From positions 128,001 through 192,000 of the forward strand of contig JBMFRC010000001.1 in assembly GCA_049968235.1 (NCBI GenBank): a stretch of DNA of 64,000 nt, given 5' to 3'. How positions within the stretch are numbered: the first letter of the stretch is position 1; each line of letters starts with the position of its first letter. This document shows, in pieces, positions 1-10,108 of this stretch. The notes beneath the pieces were generated by a model. That model had not been told where the DNA came from, did not search any database, and saw nothing but the letters and a program-made list of their open reading frames with translations. The position numbers were made by a program, and so were the translations under genes. This stretch comes from Candidatus Hydrogenedens sp. (GTDB lineage Bacteria > Hydrogenedentota > Hydrogenedentia > Hydrogenedentales > Hydrogenedentaceae).

Positions 1-684
1 CGGTCCAAAAATATGGGCATACCATGAAAATTTAGCACCGGAGTTTAAATATGTTATAGGGGCTTGTGCCGTTTGTTCTAAGTCTAAAAATGGAACTTTC
101 ACTATGGATAATCCGAGCAAACTCATGGAATTTCCCTCGTCAATAGAACGCAAAATAGGAACTGTCACTGTAAGAGAATTGGGGACAATAACATTTTCTC
201 GAAACTCTACATTACAAAGAATTACACCCTCTTCAAATCGTTTATTCATACCGTATTCTGATTTAGCCTCAATAGGGACATAAATACTATCCCAATCACT
301 GGGAAATCCCAATCTATCACGAATATCATCAAAACCTTCATTATTCTTCTTACTAATTTCATACATTACCGCCGCAGAGACCAATGCATGTATATGTCTC
401 TCCCCTGGAATAACTCCTTGATTTGTTTCTACATTCGTTGTAGGAACGGGCACGAATACATCTCCATATACAACGGCGGTATTCACACGATAGGTCGTAG
501 CATAGATTTTTGCCACCTGCATAATTTGAGCCAGTTCTCTTGCTGTGCGTTTTACCGGGTCTGTTGCGTCTTTATAAAAGCGGAAAATAGAAGGAATGGA
601 AATGAGAGTTAACATTCCCACAATTCCCATTACAACCAGTAGTTCCGTTAATGTGTAACCTTGTTTTCTTTTTCTGGCAAACAT
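1..684 (-). CDS. prepilin-type N-terminal cleavage/methylation domain protein (pilin/pseudopilin-like); 3' end cut by window edge
   Basis: Manual minus-strand translation from ATG at 684-682 gives MFARKRKQGYTLTELLVVMGIVGMLTLISIP..., a class III signal with G|YTLTEL and Glu at +5. The frame stays open to position 1. It is absent from the ORF track because it has no in-window stop. Confidence 0.55.
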   Translation of the reverse strand, partial: MFARKRKQGYTLTELLVVMGIVGMLTLISIPSIFRFYKDATDPVKRTARELAQIMQVAKIYATTYRVNTAVVYGDVFVPVPTTNVETNQGVIPGERHIHALVSAAVMYEISKKNNEGFDDIRDRLGFPSDWDSIYVPIEAKSEYGMNKRFEEGVILCNVEFRENVIVPNSLTVTVPILRSIDEGNSMSLLGLSIVKVPFLDLEQTAQAPITYLNSGAKFSWYAHIFGP

Positions 685-766
685 TTTATAACAAGTCTTT
701 CATATTTAGAAGGGCAATGTATGTTCTACCTTCCCATACATTGCCCTTATATTAGTCAAATATTCA

Positions 767-1639
767 TTAACTATAGAAACGCATCCAACTCTGACCGGGG
801 TCCCAATTATTAATATCATCTCCACCCCCTTTATATTCTTCTTCTTGGTCTGCGTAGTTTGCAGAACCTTGATAATTTCCACCGGGGAGTGGATTTGCCA
901 AATTAGGATCGTAAACAGCCTGACCTGAAATCATATTAGCACCATTAGACCAGATAAAAGCCAATTTCCCTTTATCTGCGGGGAAACCTACTTCTATTGG
1001 TAAATTGGTTTCCGGGTCTGTTGTTGAAAATGTTAAAGTATCACTTCTTCTCCCACCTGACACACCTGGTAAAGTTTTTTCTTTTTCTCCTAACATATAA
1101 ATACGGAAGGGAATGGGTCCATTTCTTGGAGTCCAGGGACCCGGATAAATATTATACAAATTTCCCCATGGGTCAAAAGCAATATCTTCAAGATAACCAA
1201 CACCAAGTCTCATTACAACATCCTTATCTAAAATATCTGCATATATGATATTTAAATCATTGTCCGTTCTGCCATCCAGTACCCTACGACCTTCTCTTAA
1301 TAATGCGTACAGGGTATTTGTATATAATTTAATAACGGATTGAAATTGCTGGGAGGTCATAATATAAGGTGTATTATCTGCAAAATTAAAAATACTTCTG
1401 CGAATATAATCTGCATCAAACAGATAATTTAAGTTCTGCACATTGGCATCGGTAACCATTTTTGTTAGTGCAAGTTCAATACTTTTAATGTCCCCTAAAG
1501 CCCGTGTAGCTCTCCCTCGAGCAATATACCGGGCAACATTGGGAACTATGATAGCAGCAAGAATTGAGATAATTGCCATCACGACCAATAGTTCTACGAG
1601 TGTAAATCCTTTGTTTCTTTTCATACTGTCTTCCTCCAC
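767..1639 (-). CDS. type IV pilin-like / pseudopilin protein (prepilin-type N-terminal domain)
   Basis: N-terminus ...MKRNKGFTLVELLVVMAIISILAAIIVPNVA shows the prepilin motif G|FTLVEL with Glu+5 and a hydrophobic helix. The likely true start is the internal Met (MKRNKG, about 1624). Confidence 0.75.
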   Translation of the reverse strand: MEEDSMKRNKGFTLVELLVVMAIISILAAIIVPNVARYIARGRATRALGDIKSIELALTKMVTDANVQNLNYLFDADYIRRSIFNFADNTPYIMTSQQFQSVIKLYTNTLYALLREGRRVLDGRTDNDLNIIYADILDKDVVMRLGVGYLEDIAFDPWGNLYNIYPGPWTPRNGPIPFRIYMLGEKEKTLPGVSGGRRSDTLTFSTTDPETNLPIEVGFPADKGKLAFIWSNGANMISGQAVYDPNLANPLPGGNYQGSANYADQEEEYKGGGDDINNWDPGQSWMRFYS

Positions 1640-1763
1640 TCAGGTTTGTAGACGAACTTGTTTTTAATCTCGTCCTTTCTGTTATGAGTTCTTGTAAATA
1701 ATTTAACTGTTACTATATTTATACCACAAATACAGCTTTTGTTGCCGTATTTTTGTCTTATTT

Positions 1764-3005
1764 TTATTGTGTACCATTGATGGTATCTCCGAGTGTAAAT
1801 ATCGGTAAGTATAAGGATACTACAATAAAACCGATAATACCACCTAAAACGATAATAATTGCGGGTTCCATTAATGACAACATAGCCTCGACAGCCGCTT
1901 CTACCTCTGCATCGTAGATGTCTGCTACCTTATGGAGCATAGCATCAAGGCTACCCGTTTCTTCACCTACATCAATCATATTAACGACCATTGCTGGAAA
2001 TACTTTGGTCTGGTCCAGCGGTGCAGCAATTGTATCTCCTTCTTTTACACTATCATGGACTTTATCAACGGCGTCCTGAATAATTTCGTTTCCGATGGTT
2101 TCCTTTGTAATTTTTAATGCCTGTAAAATAGGTACACCGGAAGTAATTAGCGTTCCTAATGTTCGGGCAAATCGTGCCACAGCTACTTTAGTAACCAAAT
2201 CCCCAATTAAAGGCAATTTTAGAACAACCCGGTCCCGAAATCGTCGAACTGCATGAAATTTAAAAAGAATTTTTATAAAAATAATCGTCCACGATACAAT
2301 GGCAATAAGCATCCACCAGTTATATATCATAAAGTCCCCGGCTTTCATAAGAAATTGTGTTGGCCAGGGTAATTGTCCTCCGAATTCTTTGAAAATGTCT
2401 GCAAAAACAGGGACGACTTTTATTAACAGAAACATCACAATGGCCGAAGCGATAATAAGAACGGCAATAGGATAAATCATGGCGGATTTTACACGTCGTT
2501 TTAATGCTTCTCTTCGTTCCATAAATTGTGCTATTCGTTGAAGCACAATTTCTAACATACCACCAACTTCACCCGCTTTAACCATATTTACAAAAAGGCG
2601 GTCAAATTGCTTGGGATGTTTTGCCAATGCTTCGGAAAATGTGCTACCTGACTGAATATCCGTTGATATTTCTCGTAAAATATCCTTTAATTTACTGGGT
2701 TTCATTTGCGCAATCAGCACATTCAGGCTTCGTAGTAACGGCAAACCTGCATCAATCAGGGTAGATAATTGGCGTGTCATAACCACAAGTTGTTTGGTCT
2801 TTACGCCACCGAAATAGAGTTCGCTTAATCCTTTCTTCTCACCTCTTGCCCTTCGCTCATCACTCCGACGGGCTTCACGGACGTGTGTGGGAAACAGTCC
2901 TAAACTTCTTACATCATTAATCGCAAGGGCAACACTATCCGCTTGGATAATACCAAAGATTTCTTTTCCTTCACGATTAATTGCTCGATAAGCATATTTA
3001 GGCAT
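1764..3005 (-). CDS. GspF/PilC-family inner-membrane platform protein (second copy in window)
   Basis: 413 aa with a cytoplasmic helical domain plus three TM segments. Colinear similarity to the GspF copy at 14042..15280 (same length, conserved GVPLL..L and C-terminal TM). Sits downstream of PilB/PilT-type ATPases. Confidence 0.85.
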   Translation of the reverse strand: MPKYAYRAINREGKEIFGIIQADSVALAINDVRSLGLFPTHVREARRSDERRARGEKKGLSELYFGGVKTKQLVVMTRQLSTLIDAGLPLLRSLNVLIAQMKPSKLKDILREISTDIQSGSTFSEALAKHPKQFDRLFVNMVKAGEVGGMLEIVLQRIAQFMERREALKRRVKSAMIYPIAVLIIASAIVMFLLIKVVPVFADIFKEFGGQLPWPTQFLMKAGDFMIYNWWMLIAIVSWTIIFIKILFKFHAVRRFRDRVVLKLPLIGDLVTKVAVARFARTLGTLITSGVPILQALKITKETIGNEIIQDAVDKVHDSVKEGDTIAAPLDQTKVFPAMVVNMIDVGEETGSLDAMLHKVADIYDAEVEAAVEAMLSLMEPAIIIVLGGIIGFIVVSLYLPIFTLGDTINGTQ

Positions 3006-3022
3006 GGTTCCAATTCCTTTTT

Positions 3023-4801
3023 TTAATCTTCATAATAGTCTGTATGGGCTATCACTTCTTTTGCAGAAGTAACACCCTGAACACATTTTATTATACCTTC
3101 CTCGCGTAATGTTCGCATACCTAATTTCTTTCTCGCATATCTACGAATATCATACGCCATTGCACGGTCTAAAATCATTTCACAAACAGTTTCATCTACC
3201 TGTAAAATTTCAAATAAACCTGTTCTGCCCATATAACCAATATAATCACATGCGGGGCATCCTTTGGGTCGGAACAATTGAAGTTTCGGGTCATCCTGCC
3301 AATTTTTCGGTAAGCCTAATTCTTGCATCTCTTCTTTTGATGGACGATACCGTTCTCTGCAATGCCTGCAAAGACAACGCACCAACCGTTGTGCCAATAC
3401 CGCCTCTAAGGAAGCGGTTATCAGGTAGGGTTCAACATCCATATCCAGTAGACGGGTAATTGTTTCAGGAGCACTATTGGTATGCAAGGTACTTAACACA
3501 AGGTGCCCTGTTAATGATGCCTCTACTGCAATTTGTGCCGTTTCAAGGTCACGGATTTCACCGACCATTACAATATCCGGGTCCTGACGCAAGATAGAAC
3601 GCAAACCTGCTGCGAAGGTTAGTCCTACTTCTTCATTTACCTGACATTGCATTACCCTATCTATTTGCAATTCTACGGGGTCTTCCATCGTAATAATTTT
3701 TACTTCTTCGCTATTTAATTTTGCAATACACCCATATAAGGTAGTTGTCTTTCCTGAACCCGTAGGACCTGTAACTAACAAGATACCATTAGGACGGGCT
3801 AAAACATCATCCAACTTTGCTTTTACATTTTCACTTAACCCTAAACGGTCTAAATCGATACGGACCGCAGTTCGGTCCAAAATACGCATTACCACTCCTT
3901 CACCATACAATGTAGGAAGTGTCGCAACACGGATATCTATAATACTATCCCCAACTTTCAATTCAATACGCGAGTCTTGTGGTAATCGTCGTTCACCAAT
4001 ATCCATATTACACATAATTTTTACACGGGATACTAATGCAATTGCTAAAGTCTTGGGAGGATTGACAATTTCATGCAGAACGCCATCTACACGGATACGA
4101 ATACGAAAACGGTCTTCATATACTTCAAAATGAATGTCGGACGCCCTTTTCTTTACCGCTTCTAAAAATACCAGATTAACGATTTTAATAACTTCGGGCA
4201 ATTGTGCCAATTCCACCAAATTTTCAGTATCTTTGACAATTTCCTGTGTTCCCAATTCTTCAAGAGATAAATCTGAAGAACCTACTTTATCCTGCAATTC
4301 GGAAATCATCTCATGGATAGAATCGGTTTCGAAGGAATAATTATTTTTCCATGCGATGGCAATATCCTGCGGATTGCTAATAGCCCCCCGAACAGGCTGA
4401 CCGGTAATATGTCGTAAATCATCTAAAATTTGTAAATTTAAGGGGTCTGCCATTGCCACTACAAGGACACCATCTACCTCTTTGATAGGAATAACATTGT
4501 AAAAGCGAGCCACATCAGACGAAATTTTTCGTATAATATTTTCGGGGATTTTCAGTCGGGTAACATCAATCTTTTCCATCCCCAGTTGTGTTCCCAGCGC
4601 CTCGACAATTGCTTGCTCATCGCAATAGCCCATAGATACCAGCACACGACCTAAGAAATCGCCTGTTAATCGCTGTCGCTGGAGTGCTTCGTCCAATTGA
4701 AGTGGAATAATTATTCCCTGTTCTACCAGAATATCACCTAATCGACGCTGGTTAATTTGTGTGGTCTTTGTTTGACTGTGTTTCGCTAATGCACTTGACA
4801 T
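3023..4801 (-). CDS. GspE/PilB-family secretion/pilus-assembly ATPase with N-terminal MshEN (GSPII_E_N) domain
   Basis: Walker [15 protein letters not shown]; Asp box and His box (LSTLHTNSA); C-terminal tetracysteine CRHC...CPAC. N-terminus has tandem c-di-GMP-type motifs RRLGDILVEQGIIIPLQLDEALQRQ and DFLGRVLVSMGYCDEQAIVEALGTQ. Confidence 0.85.
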   Translation of the reverse strand: MSSALAKHSQTKTTQINQRRLGDILVEQGIIIPLQLDEALQRQRLTGDFLGRVLVSMGYCDEQAIVEALGTQLGMEKIDVTRLKIPENIIRKISSDVARFYNVIPIKEVDGVLVVAMADPLNLQILDDLRHITGQPVRGAISNPQDIAIAWKNNYSFETDSIHEMISELQDKVGSSDLSLEELGTQEIVKDTENLVELAQLPEVIKIVNLVFLEAVKKRASDIHFEVYEDRFRIRIRVDGVLHEIVNPPKTLAIALVSRVKIMCNMDIGERRLPQDSRIELKVGDSIIDIRVATLPTLYGEGVVMRILDRTAVRIDLDRLGLSENVKAKLDDVLARPNGILLVTGPTGSGKTTTLYGCIAKLNSEEVKIITMEDPVELQIDRVMQCQVNEEVGLTFAAGLRSILRQDPDIVMVGEIRDLETAQIAVEASLTGHLVLSTLHTNSAPETITRLLDMDVEPYLITASLEAVLAQRLVRCLCRHCRERYRPSKEEMQELGLPKNWQDDPKLQLFRPKGCPACDYIGYMGRTGLFEILQVDETVCEMILDRAMAYDIRRYARKKLGMRTLREEGIIKCVQGVTSAKEVIAHTDYYED

Positions 4802-4831
4802 ATTACAAACTTTCTTTTATGTCTTCTTAAA

Positions 4832-5941
4832 CTATGCAACTTCTCCTTCTTTCTTGGGAGCAGGTCCACCTTCAATACCCAAAGCACGCGCAGCCGCTTC
4901 AAATTCATCCGGCATCTGTGCTTTGGCAAGGCAGTCTTCATATTTGCAAATACCCTTACGATACAGGGCAAGTAGATGTTCATCCAGCAAATTCATACCA
5001 TACTTATGTCCCGTCTGAATAGCGGATGTAATACGATAGGTTTTATTTTCACGAATTAAGTTTTGAATAGCAGGGGTACAATACATAATTTCATACGCAG
5101 CCACACGACCAAAACCACTTTTCCGGGGGACAAGAGTCTGGGAAATCACTGCTTTTAAGTTACCTGCTAACTGGGTCCGAATTTGTTCCTGCTGGTTTGA
5201 TGGGAAAGCGTCCACGACACGGTCTACCGTTCTCACCGCACCTGTGGTGTGAAGGGTTGCGAATACAAGGTGCCCCGTTTCGGCTGCGGTAATTGCCGCT
5301 TCGATAGTTTCGAGGTCACGCATTTCCCCGACGAGAATTACATCCGGGTCCATACGCAATGCTCTTCTCAAAGCCTCTGCGAAAGTCGGTACATCTACAC
5401 CTACTTCACGCTGGGTAATAATTCCTTTTTTATGGGTGTGATAGTATTCTATTGGGTCTTCAATAGTAATAATATGAGAATCTAAATTAGTATTAATCCA
5501 ATCAAGCATGGTAGCCAATGTTGTTGTTTTTCCGGAACCCGTGGGTCCTGTAATCAGAACCAATCCACGCGGTTGTCGGAGTAAGTTTTCTATATGTCGG
5601 GGCAAACCTAATTCTTCAAAAGTTAGTATTTTGCGAGGGATTAGTCGCAATACGATACCTACATACCCCTTTTGTTTAAAAATAGCCACACGGAAACGTG
5701 CAATATCCTCAAATGCGAAACCGAAGTCAGAACCACCTACTTCTTGCAATTCTTGTTGATTATCTACAGAAGCAATACTTTTCATTAATCGTTCGGTATC
5801 TTCGGGCGTTAATGGGTCTTCACCAAAGAAAACCAATCGACCGTGAACTCTTCCCACAGGAGGATTATCCACCGCAAGATGTAAGTCAGAGCCTTCACGG
5901 TCTATCAACATCCGCAATAAACTTACCATTTCATAAGCCAT
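4832..5941 (-). CDS. pilT: PilT-type retraction (twitching motility) ATPase
   Basis: 369 aa. N-terminus [28 protein letters not shown]; Walker [17 protein letters not shown]; [19 protein letters not shown]. PilT length, no MshEN domain, no tetracysteine motif. Confidence 0.85.
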   Translation of the reverse strand: MAYEMVSLLRMLIDREGSDLHLAVDNPPVGRVHGRLVFFGEDPLTPEDTERLMKSIASVDNQQELQEVGGSDFGFAFEDIARFRVAIFKQKGYVGIVLRLIPRKILTFEELGLPRHIENLLRQPRGLVLITGPTGSGKTTTLATMLDWINTNLDSHIITIEDPIEYYHTHKKGIITQREVGVDVPTFAEALRRALRMDPDVILVGEMRDLETIEAAITAAETGHLVFATLHTTGAVRTVDRVVDAFPSNQQEQIRTQLAGNLKAVISQTLVPRKSGFGRVAAYEIMYCTPAIQNLIRENKTYRITSAIQTGHKYGMNLLDEHLLALYRKGICKYEDCLAKAQMPDEFEAAARALGIEGGPAPKKEGEVA

Positions 5942-5963
5942 ATATGTATCTCCTTATATTCAA

Positions 5964-7805
5964 TTATACTGCAACAGCAGGTTTGCGAAGAGGTTCATCA
6001 ATTCGTGTCCGTTTATTAACTTCTTCGACTGTAGTAATACCCATAGTCGCTTTACGCCATGCATCTTCACGCATGGTGGACATTCCCGATAAGCGGGCTT
6101 CTCTTCGAATTGCCGTCGCGGACTCTCCTCGCATGACCATTTCACGAATACGGTCTGTCGTTTGTAACAATTCATAAACGCCCAATCGTCCTTGATAACC
6201 CGTCTGATTACAATTGTCACAGCCCGCACCATGATATAACTCAATTGTAGAGAGGTCTACAGGAAAACCCAATCGGCGAATTTCAAATTCCGGAGGAACG
6301 CAGGGTTCTTTACAAACAGTGCAAATTGTTCTCACCAATCGTTGAGCAAGTATTGCGCGAATACCGGATGCCACAAGGAACGGTTTCACGCCGATATCCA
6401 CCAATCGGGTAAATGCGGTAGCGGTATCATTGGTGTGTAATGTTGAGAAAACCAGATGCCCTGTTAATGCGGCTTTAATAGCAATTTCAGCAGTCTCTAA
6501 GTCACGGATTTCACCGACCATTACAATATCGGGGTCCTGGCGGAATATAGCACGCAAAGCCCGGGCAAAATCCCAGCCAATTTCATGGTTGATTTGCACC
6601 TGATTAATCCCTGTAATTTGATACTCCACAGGGTCTTCTAAAGTAATAATTTTTACATCGGGCTGATTTAGATTATGGAGAGAAGCATAAAGGGTGGTGG
6701 TCTTCCCTGAACCTGTAGGTCCCGTAACCAGAACAACACCTGTAGCATGCTGAATTATTCGCTCCCAATTGTTTTGGACCTCTGGACTAAAGCCTAACTG
6801 CCCCAAACCTAACATAAGCCCGCTTTTGTCAAGAATACGCATAACGACACTTTCACCGAACACAGCTGGCAGAGAACTCACACGAAGGTCTATCACTTTA
6901 TTCCCTAATGTCATTTTGATTCGTCCATCCTGTGGAACCCGCCTTTCGGAAATATCCATCCCTGCCATAATTTTAAGTCGGGATATAATAGCTGCCTGTG
7001 CCCGTTTGGGGGGTAACGGCATTAAATGCATTACACCGTCTATACGATACCTTACTTTTACATCGGTTTTTCCAGGTTCGATATGTATATCACTTGCTCG
7101 TAAACGAAATGCTTCTAATATCATCTGATGAACATACTTTACCACAGGATTATCTGCATCCCCTTCTTCCATACCTTCTGTTGTTATGGATGTAGAAGGA
7201 AGATTCGCATCATCCATACTAACACTGCTTAAAGAAATATCGCTGGCACTAAAACTTGATGAAGAAGCCAAGGAACTATCAAACGAACTTACATTGGACA
7301 TCGAAGATAAGGAACTTACACTGCTGGCACTACTCGCAGAACTTAACAAGCTCTCTACTGTGGCTTCATGAACTCCATAATATTTCCCTAAAGCCATCGT
7401 TATTTCCTCAGGAGAAGCAAGAACTGGCTCTATGGGACGGTCAAGAAGTCGGGAAATATTATCCAGATTATTGACATTGGTCGGGTCCGATGTCGCAATA
7501 ATAACTTTATCCCCTCGCACTTCCACAGGCACTACTTTATAAAGTGTCGCTATGCTTCCATCCATAATATTACGAACACGCTCCGGCACATCCCTCTCAC
7601 TTAATTTTATTATAGGAATACCTAATTGTTCCGATAATGTCTCGATAATATGACTTTTGCTGATATACCCTAAACGAACAAGGATTTCTCCTATTTTTCG
7701 ATGCGACATCGTTGTTTGCTGGCGATGTATTGCTTCTCGAAGTTGCTCTTCGGATATTATTTTCTTCTCAACAAGTATCTGACCGAATAACTTATAAGTA
7801 CTCAT
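5964..7805 (-). CDS. PilB/GspE-family extension ATPase with MshEN domain and Ser-rich low-complexity linker
   Basis: Walker [15 protein letters not shown]; tetracysteine CTVCKEPC...CDNC. N-terminal motifs KLFGQILVEKKIISEEQLREAIHRQ and RKIGEILVRLGYISKSHIIETLSEQ. A roughly 65-aa Ser-rich insert lies between the N1 and N2 domains. Confidence 0.85.
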   Translation of the reverse strand: MSTYKLFGQILVEKKIISEEQLREAIHRQQTTMSHRKIGEILVRLGYISKSHIIETLSEQLGIPIIKLSERDVPERVRNIMDGSIATLYKVVPVEVRGDKVIIATSDPTNVNNLDNISRLLDRPIEPVLASPEEITMALGKYYGVHEATVESLLSSASSASSVSSLSSMSNVSSFDSSLASSSSFSASDISLSSVSMDDANLPSTSITTEGMEEGDADNPVVKYVHQMILEAFRLRASDIHIEPGKTDVKVRYRIDGVMHLMPLPPKRAQAAIISRLKIMAGMDISERRVPQDGRIKMTLGNKVIDLRVSSLPAVFGESVVMRILDKSGLMLGLGQLGFSPEVQNNWERIIQHATGVVLVTGPTGSGKTTTLYASLHNLNQPDVKIITLEDPVEYQITGINQVQINHEIGWDFARALRAIFRQDPDIVMVGEIRDLETAEIAIKAALTGHLVFSTLHTNDTATAFTRLVDIGVKPFLVASGIRAILAQRLVRTICTVCKEPCVPPEFEIRRLGFPVDLSTIELYHGAGCDNCNQTGYQGRLGVYELLQTTDRIREMVMRGESATAIRREARLSGMSTMREDAWRKATMGITTVEEVNKRTRIDEPLRKPAVAV

Positions 7806-8018
7806 ATTCTATATCCATGTTTTCTCTATATACTTTAACATAATTTTAAACAAAAATCAATGTTAAAAATGCGGATTTAGTTATAATTACATAAAAAATA
7901 TATTTTGATGTCAATAATTTATTACAAATCTTTGTGACCCCTATTTATTTTTATATCTTCTATTATATATTATAAAAGTCAGGCGAACCTTTTTTACAAT
8001 ACGAAAATATGGTTTTTC
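7806..8018 (-). promoter_or_regulatory. AT-rich 213-bp intergenic spacer between gspM and the downstream pilB-like ATPase gene (possible internal promoter/attenuation region)
   Basis: The only gap longer than 130 bp inside the 35 kb co-directional array. Very AT-rich. No ORF. Confidence 0.25.
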
Positions 8019-8531
8019 TTATTTTAATGTTACAAGGGTTAATTCGCAATCAATGCCTTTCCCGCTTTGATTGGGTTTTAATTTATCCATTTTATACACA
8101 GCTAATAAATAGGAATCGTCATAAATACGCTTTAAGAATTCGGAAAACCGTTTTAAGGACACCCCTTCTAGTTTAATTTGCACCATCGGTTGGCGGGAAC
8201 TACTTGCTCGTGCACGATAATTATCAAGTTTGGCTCTATCGGTTAATTGAGTTTCTTTGAGTAATTGGTTCACATAGGAAAAGAAGTCAAAATTTGGAGG
8301 TCTCTTTTCTATTATACGAAGTAACATTTCCTGAGTTTTTAAACTTTCTTCTTGTTCTTTCTTTAGTTTCTCTACCATTTGCAATTGATTATATGATTGA
8401 GTTAGTTCATTTCTGGATTGCAAAAATTTTCGATAAGGTCCTCTATGGAGATATATTGCCATGCTTATAACAGCGATAAAACTCACAATCATTGTAATTA
8501 AATAAATTCGATCAAGAAGAGTTTGGTTCAT
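8019..8531 (-). CDS. GspM-like bitopic inner-membrane protein (assignment by position and topology)
   Basis: 170 aa with one N-terminal TM (IYLITMIVSFIAVISMAIYL) followed by a coiled-coil periplasmic region. It is the last gene of the gspC-M array. Confidence 0.45.
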   Translation of the reverse strand: MNQTLLDRIYLITMIVSFIAVISMAIYLHRGPYRKFLQSRNELTQSYNQLQMVEKLKKEQEESLKTQEMLLRIIEKRPPNFDFFSYVNQLLKETQLTDRAKLDNYRARASSSRQPMVQIKLEGVSLKRFSEFLKRIYDDSYLLAVYKMDKLKPNQSGKGIDCELTLVTLK

Positions 8532-8548
8532 TTTCTCTACCTCATTTG

Positions 8549-10108
8549 TTATTTTTTCTCTGCACTGGTTTGAGGTGAAGCATTATTTTTTTGTGGGAGC
8601 GAAGACTTTTGTACTTTTTGTATTCGTATTGCAAAACTGGTTTGATTTCCTTGAGCACTTAATTCTGGCTCATCCACAATATTAAAATAACTTACCTTCT
8701 TTAATTCAGAAATCGCCTGATTTATAAAAGCGGAATCGCCGGTTGTTCCCTGTATTCGAATCCACCAACTTTGCACATCAGGCGAACTTAATTTAATTTC
8801 TGTAATATTCACTTTATCCGAGGGCAGTTTTTCGGCAATGGTATTTAGTATATCCAGAAGAGGGGGGTCAAAGAAGGGAGATAAATCTATATTCTCATCC
8901 AGCCCTTTCTCCTGATTAACTCGATCTATTTCCTGGGTTAATTCATTTGCCTTTGCTTTATATAGATTACTATAAACAAGATTATTTAGTGTTAATTGTT
9001 GAAGGAAAAAGGCACCGCATACAAGCCCGGTCAGGATAAGACAATTGGTAAATATCAAATGACGGGATAAAGAGGATAAATAGGAATATAAGGATTGGTT
9101 TTCTTTTAGCAAATTAAATGAAAAGTAGGGGTCTAATGTTATTCCTGCTATACCCATGAGAGGATACCAGCGGGAAAGTGATTCCTCGGATTCTGCTTTC
9201 ATAGTATTTGGGAAAAGTAAAGATTGAGATAAAGAAACAGGCTCCACTTCCATCTTTACCAATCGTGAAAAAACACCTATCTCTTCATCGGATAAAGATA
9301 ATCCACTAATTTCTAATTTTTCTATTCCTTCTTTACTTTTCCATCGGGCAAGAAATGCTCTTAGGCTATTTTGTACTTCCCGGGCAAAAATTTCAGGATT
9401 CTCATAATAATTCTGAACACCTAATACCAGATGCCGTATAAAAACGAGTTTTCCTTCGTAAAGAACAGCAAGCGTAGAGAAATCTTTATGAACCACCAAA
9501 GCAGATTTTAATTTTTTTGTTTCTTTGCTTGCCTTTTCCCAGAGATATACTAAACCGAGTGAATTAATAACTGCAGTTTCGGGTTCTACAGAAAATTCCC
9601 GTAGGTATTGGATATAGTTTTGTATATGCTGTTTGCGGACACCCATCGTCAATACTTCTGTCTCTTTTTTTGTTTCATTCACCACAGTAAAATCAAGCAT
9701 TAACTCTTCAATGGGGAAAGGAATATGGGGTTCTAATTCAAAGCGAAGAGCAGACACTACTTTCTTCATTCCCCGAAATGGAACTGTTAATGACCGCACG
9801 ATACTTACAGAACACGGAACGGAAAGGGCAAAACATGTTGGTTTATGTTTTAATTGTTTAAAGGCTTCCTCTAATGCATTCAATACAGGTTCATCTTTAT
9901 TGGGCGTTTCTTCTGCTGAAATTACAGGCACTTCAATATCTTGAAGTAATTCAAGATTTTTACCTTTTTTTCGAACGGTTGCTAATCGAACCACATTTTC
10001 GCAAATCTCAATTGTTGTTACCAAATTTCCCATGTGTCTTTCTTTCGTTTTTATGGCTTTTATGGCTATATATTTTTTATTTTTCCCTATTATTTTATAA
10101 CTTTCCAA
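8549..10108 (-). CDS. GspL-like protein (cytoplasmic actin-like domain, single TM, periplasmic domain)
   Basis: The N-terminal roughly 330 aa resembles the PilM/GspL cytoplasmic domain, followed by a TM (FTNCLILTGLVCGAFFL) and a roughly 150-aa periplasmic domain. Probable start is the internal Met (MGNLV, about 10033), which gives a 57-nt spacer with a GAAAGAAAG ribosome-binding site. Confidence 0.55.
   Translation of the reverse strand: MESYKIIGKNKKYIAIKAIKTKERHMGNLVTTIEICENVVRLATVRKKGKNLELLQDIEVPVISAEETPNKDEPVLNALEEAFKQLKHKPTCFALSVPCSVSIVRSLTVPFRGMKKVVSALRFELEPHIPFPIEELMLDFTVVNETKKETEVLTMGVRKQHIQNYIQYLREFSVEPETAVINSLGLVYLWEKASKETKKLKSALVVHKDFSTLAVLYEGKLVFIRHLVLGVQNYYENPEIFAREVQNSLRAFLARWKSKEGIEKLEISGLSLSDEEIGVFSRLVKMEVEPVSLSQSLLFPNTMKAESEESLSRWYPLMGIAGITLDPYFSFNLLKENQSLYSYLSSLSRHLIFTNCLILTGLVCGAFFLQQLTLNNLVYSNLYKAKANELTQEIDRVNQEKGLDENIDLSPFFDPPLLDILNTIAEKLPSDKVNITEIKLSSPDVQSWWIRIQGTTGDSAFINQAISELKKVSYFNIVDEPELSAQGNQTSFAIRIQKVQKSSLPQKNNASPQTSAEKK

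Noticed and set aside
388-612. 74-aa plus-strand ORF at the window start
   Set aside because: It lies antisense within the minus-strand prepilin-type gene (1-684), which has a convincing class III signal sequence.
5508-6177. Plus-strand ORFs (83 and 159 aa) antisense to the PilT and PilB-like ATPase genes; a similar 139-aa ORF lies at 15938-16357 antisense to gspE
   Set aside because: They are shadow ORFs. Each contains FPEPVGPV, the reverse-complement translation of the conserved Walker [10 protein letters not shown], and each lies wholly inside a well-supported ATPase gene.
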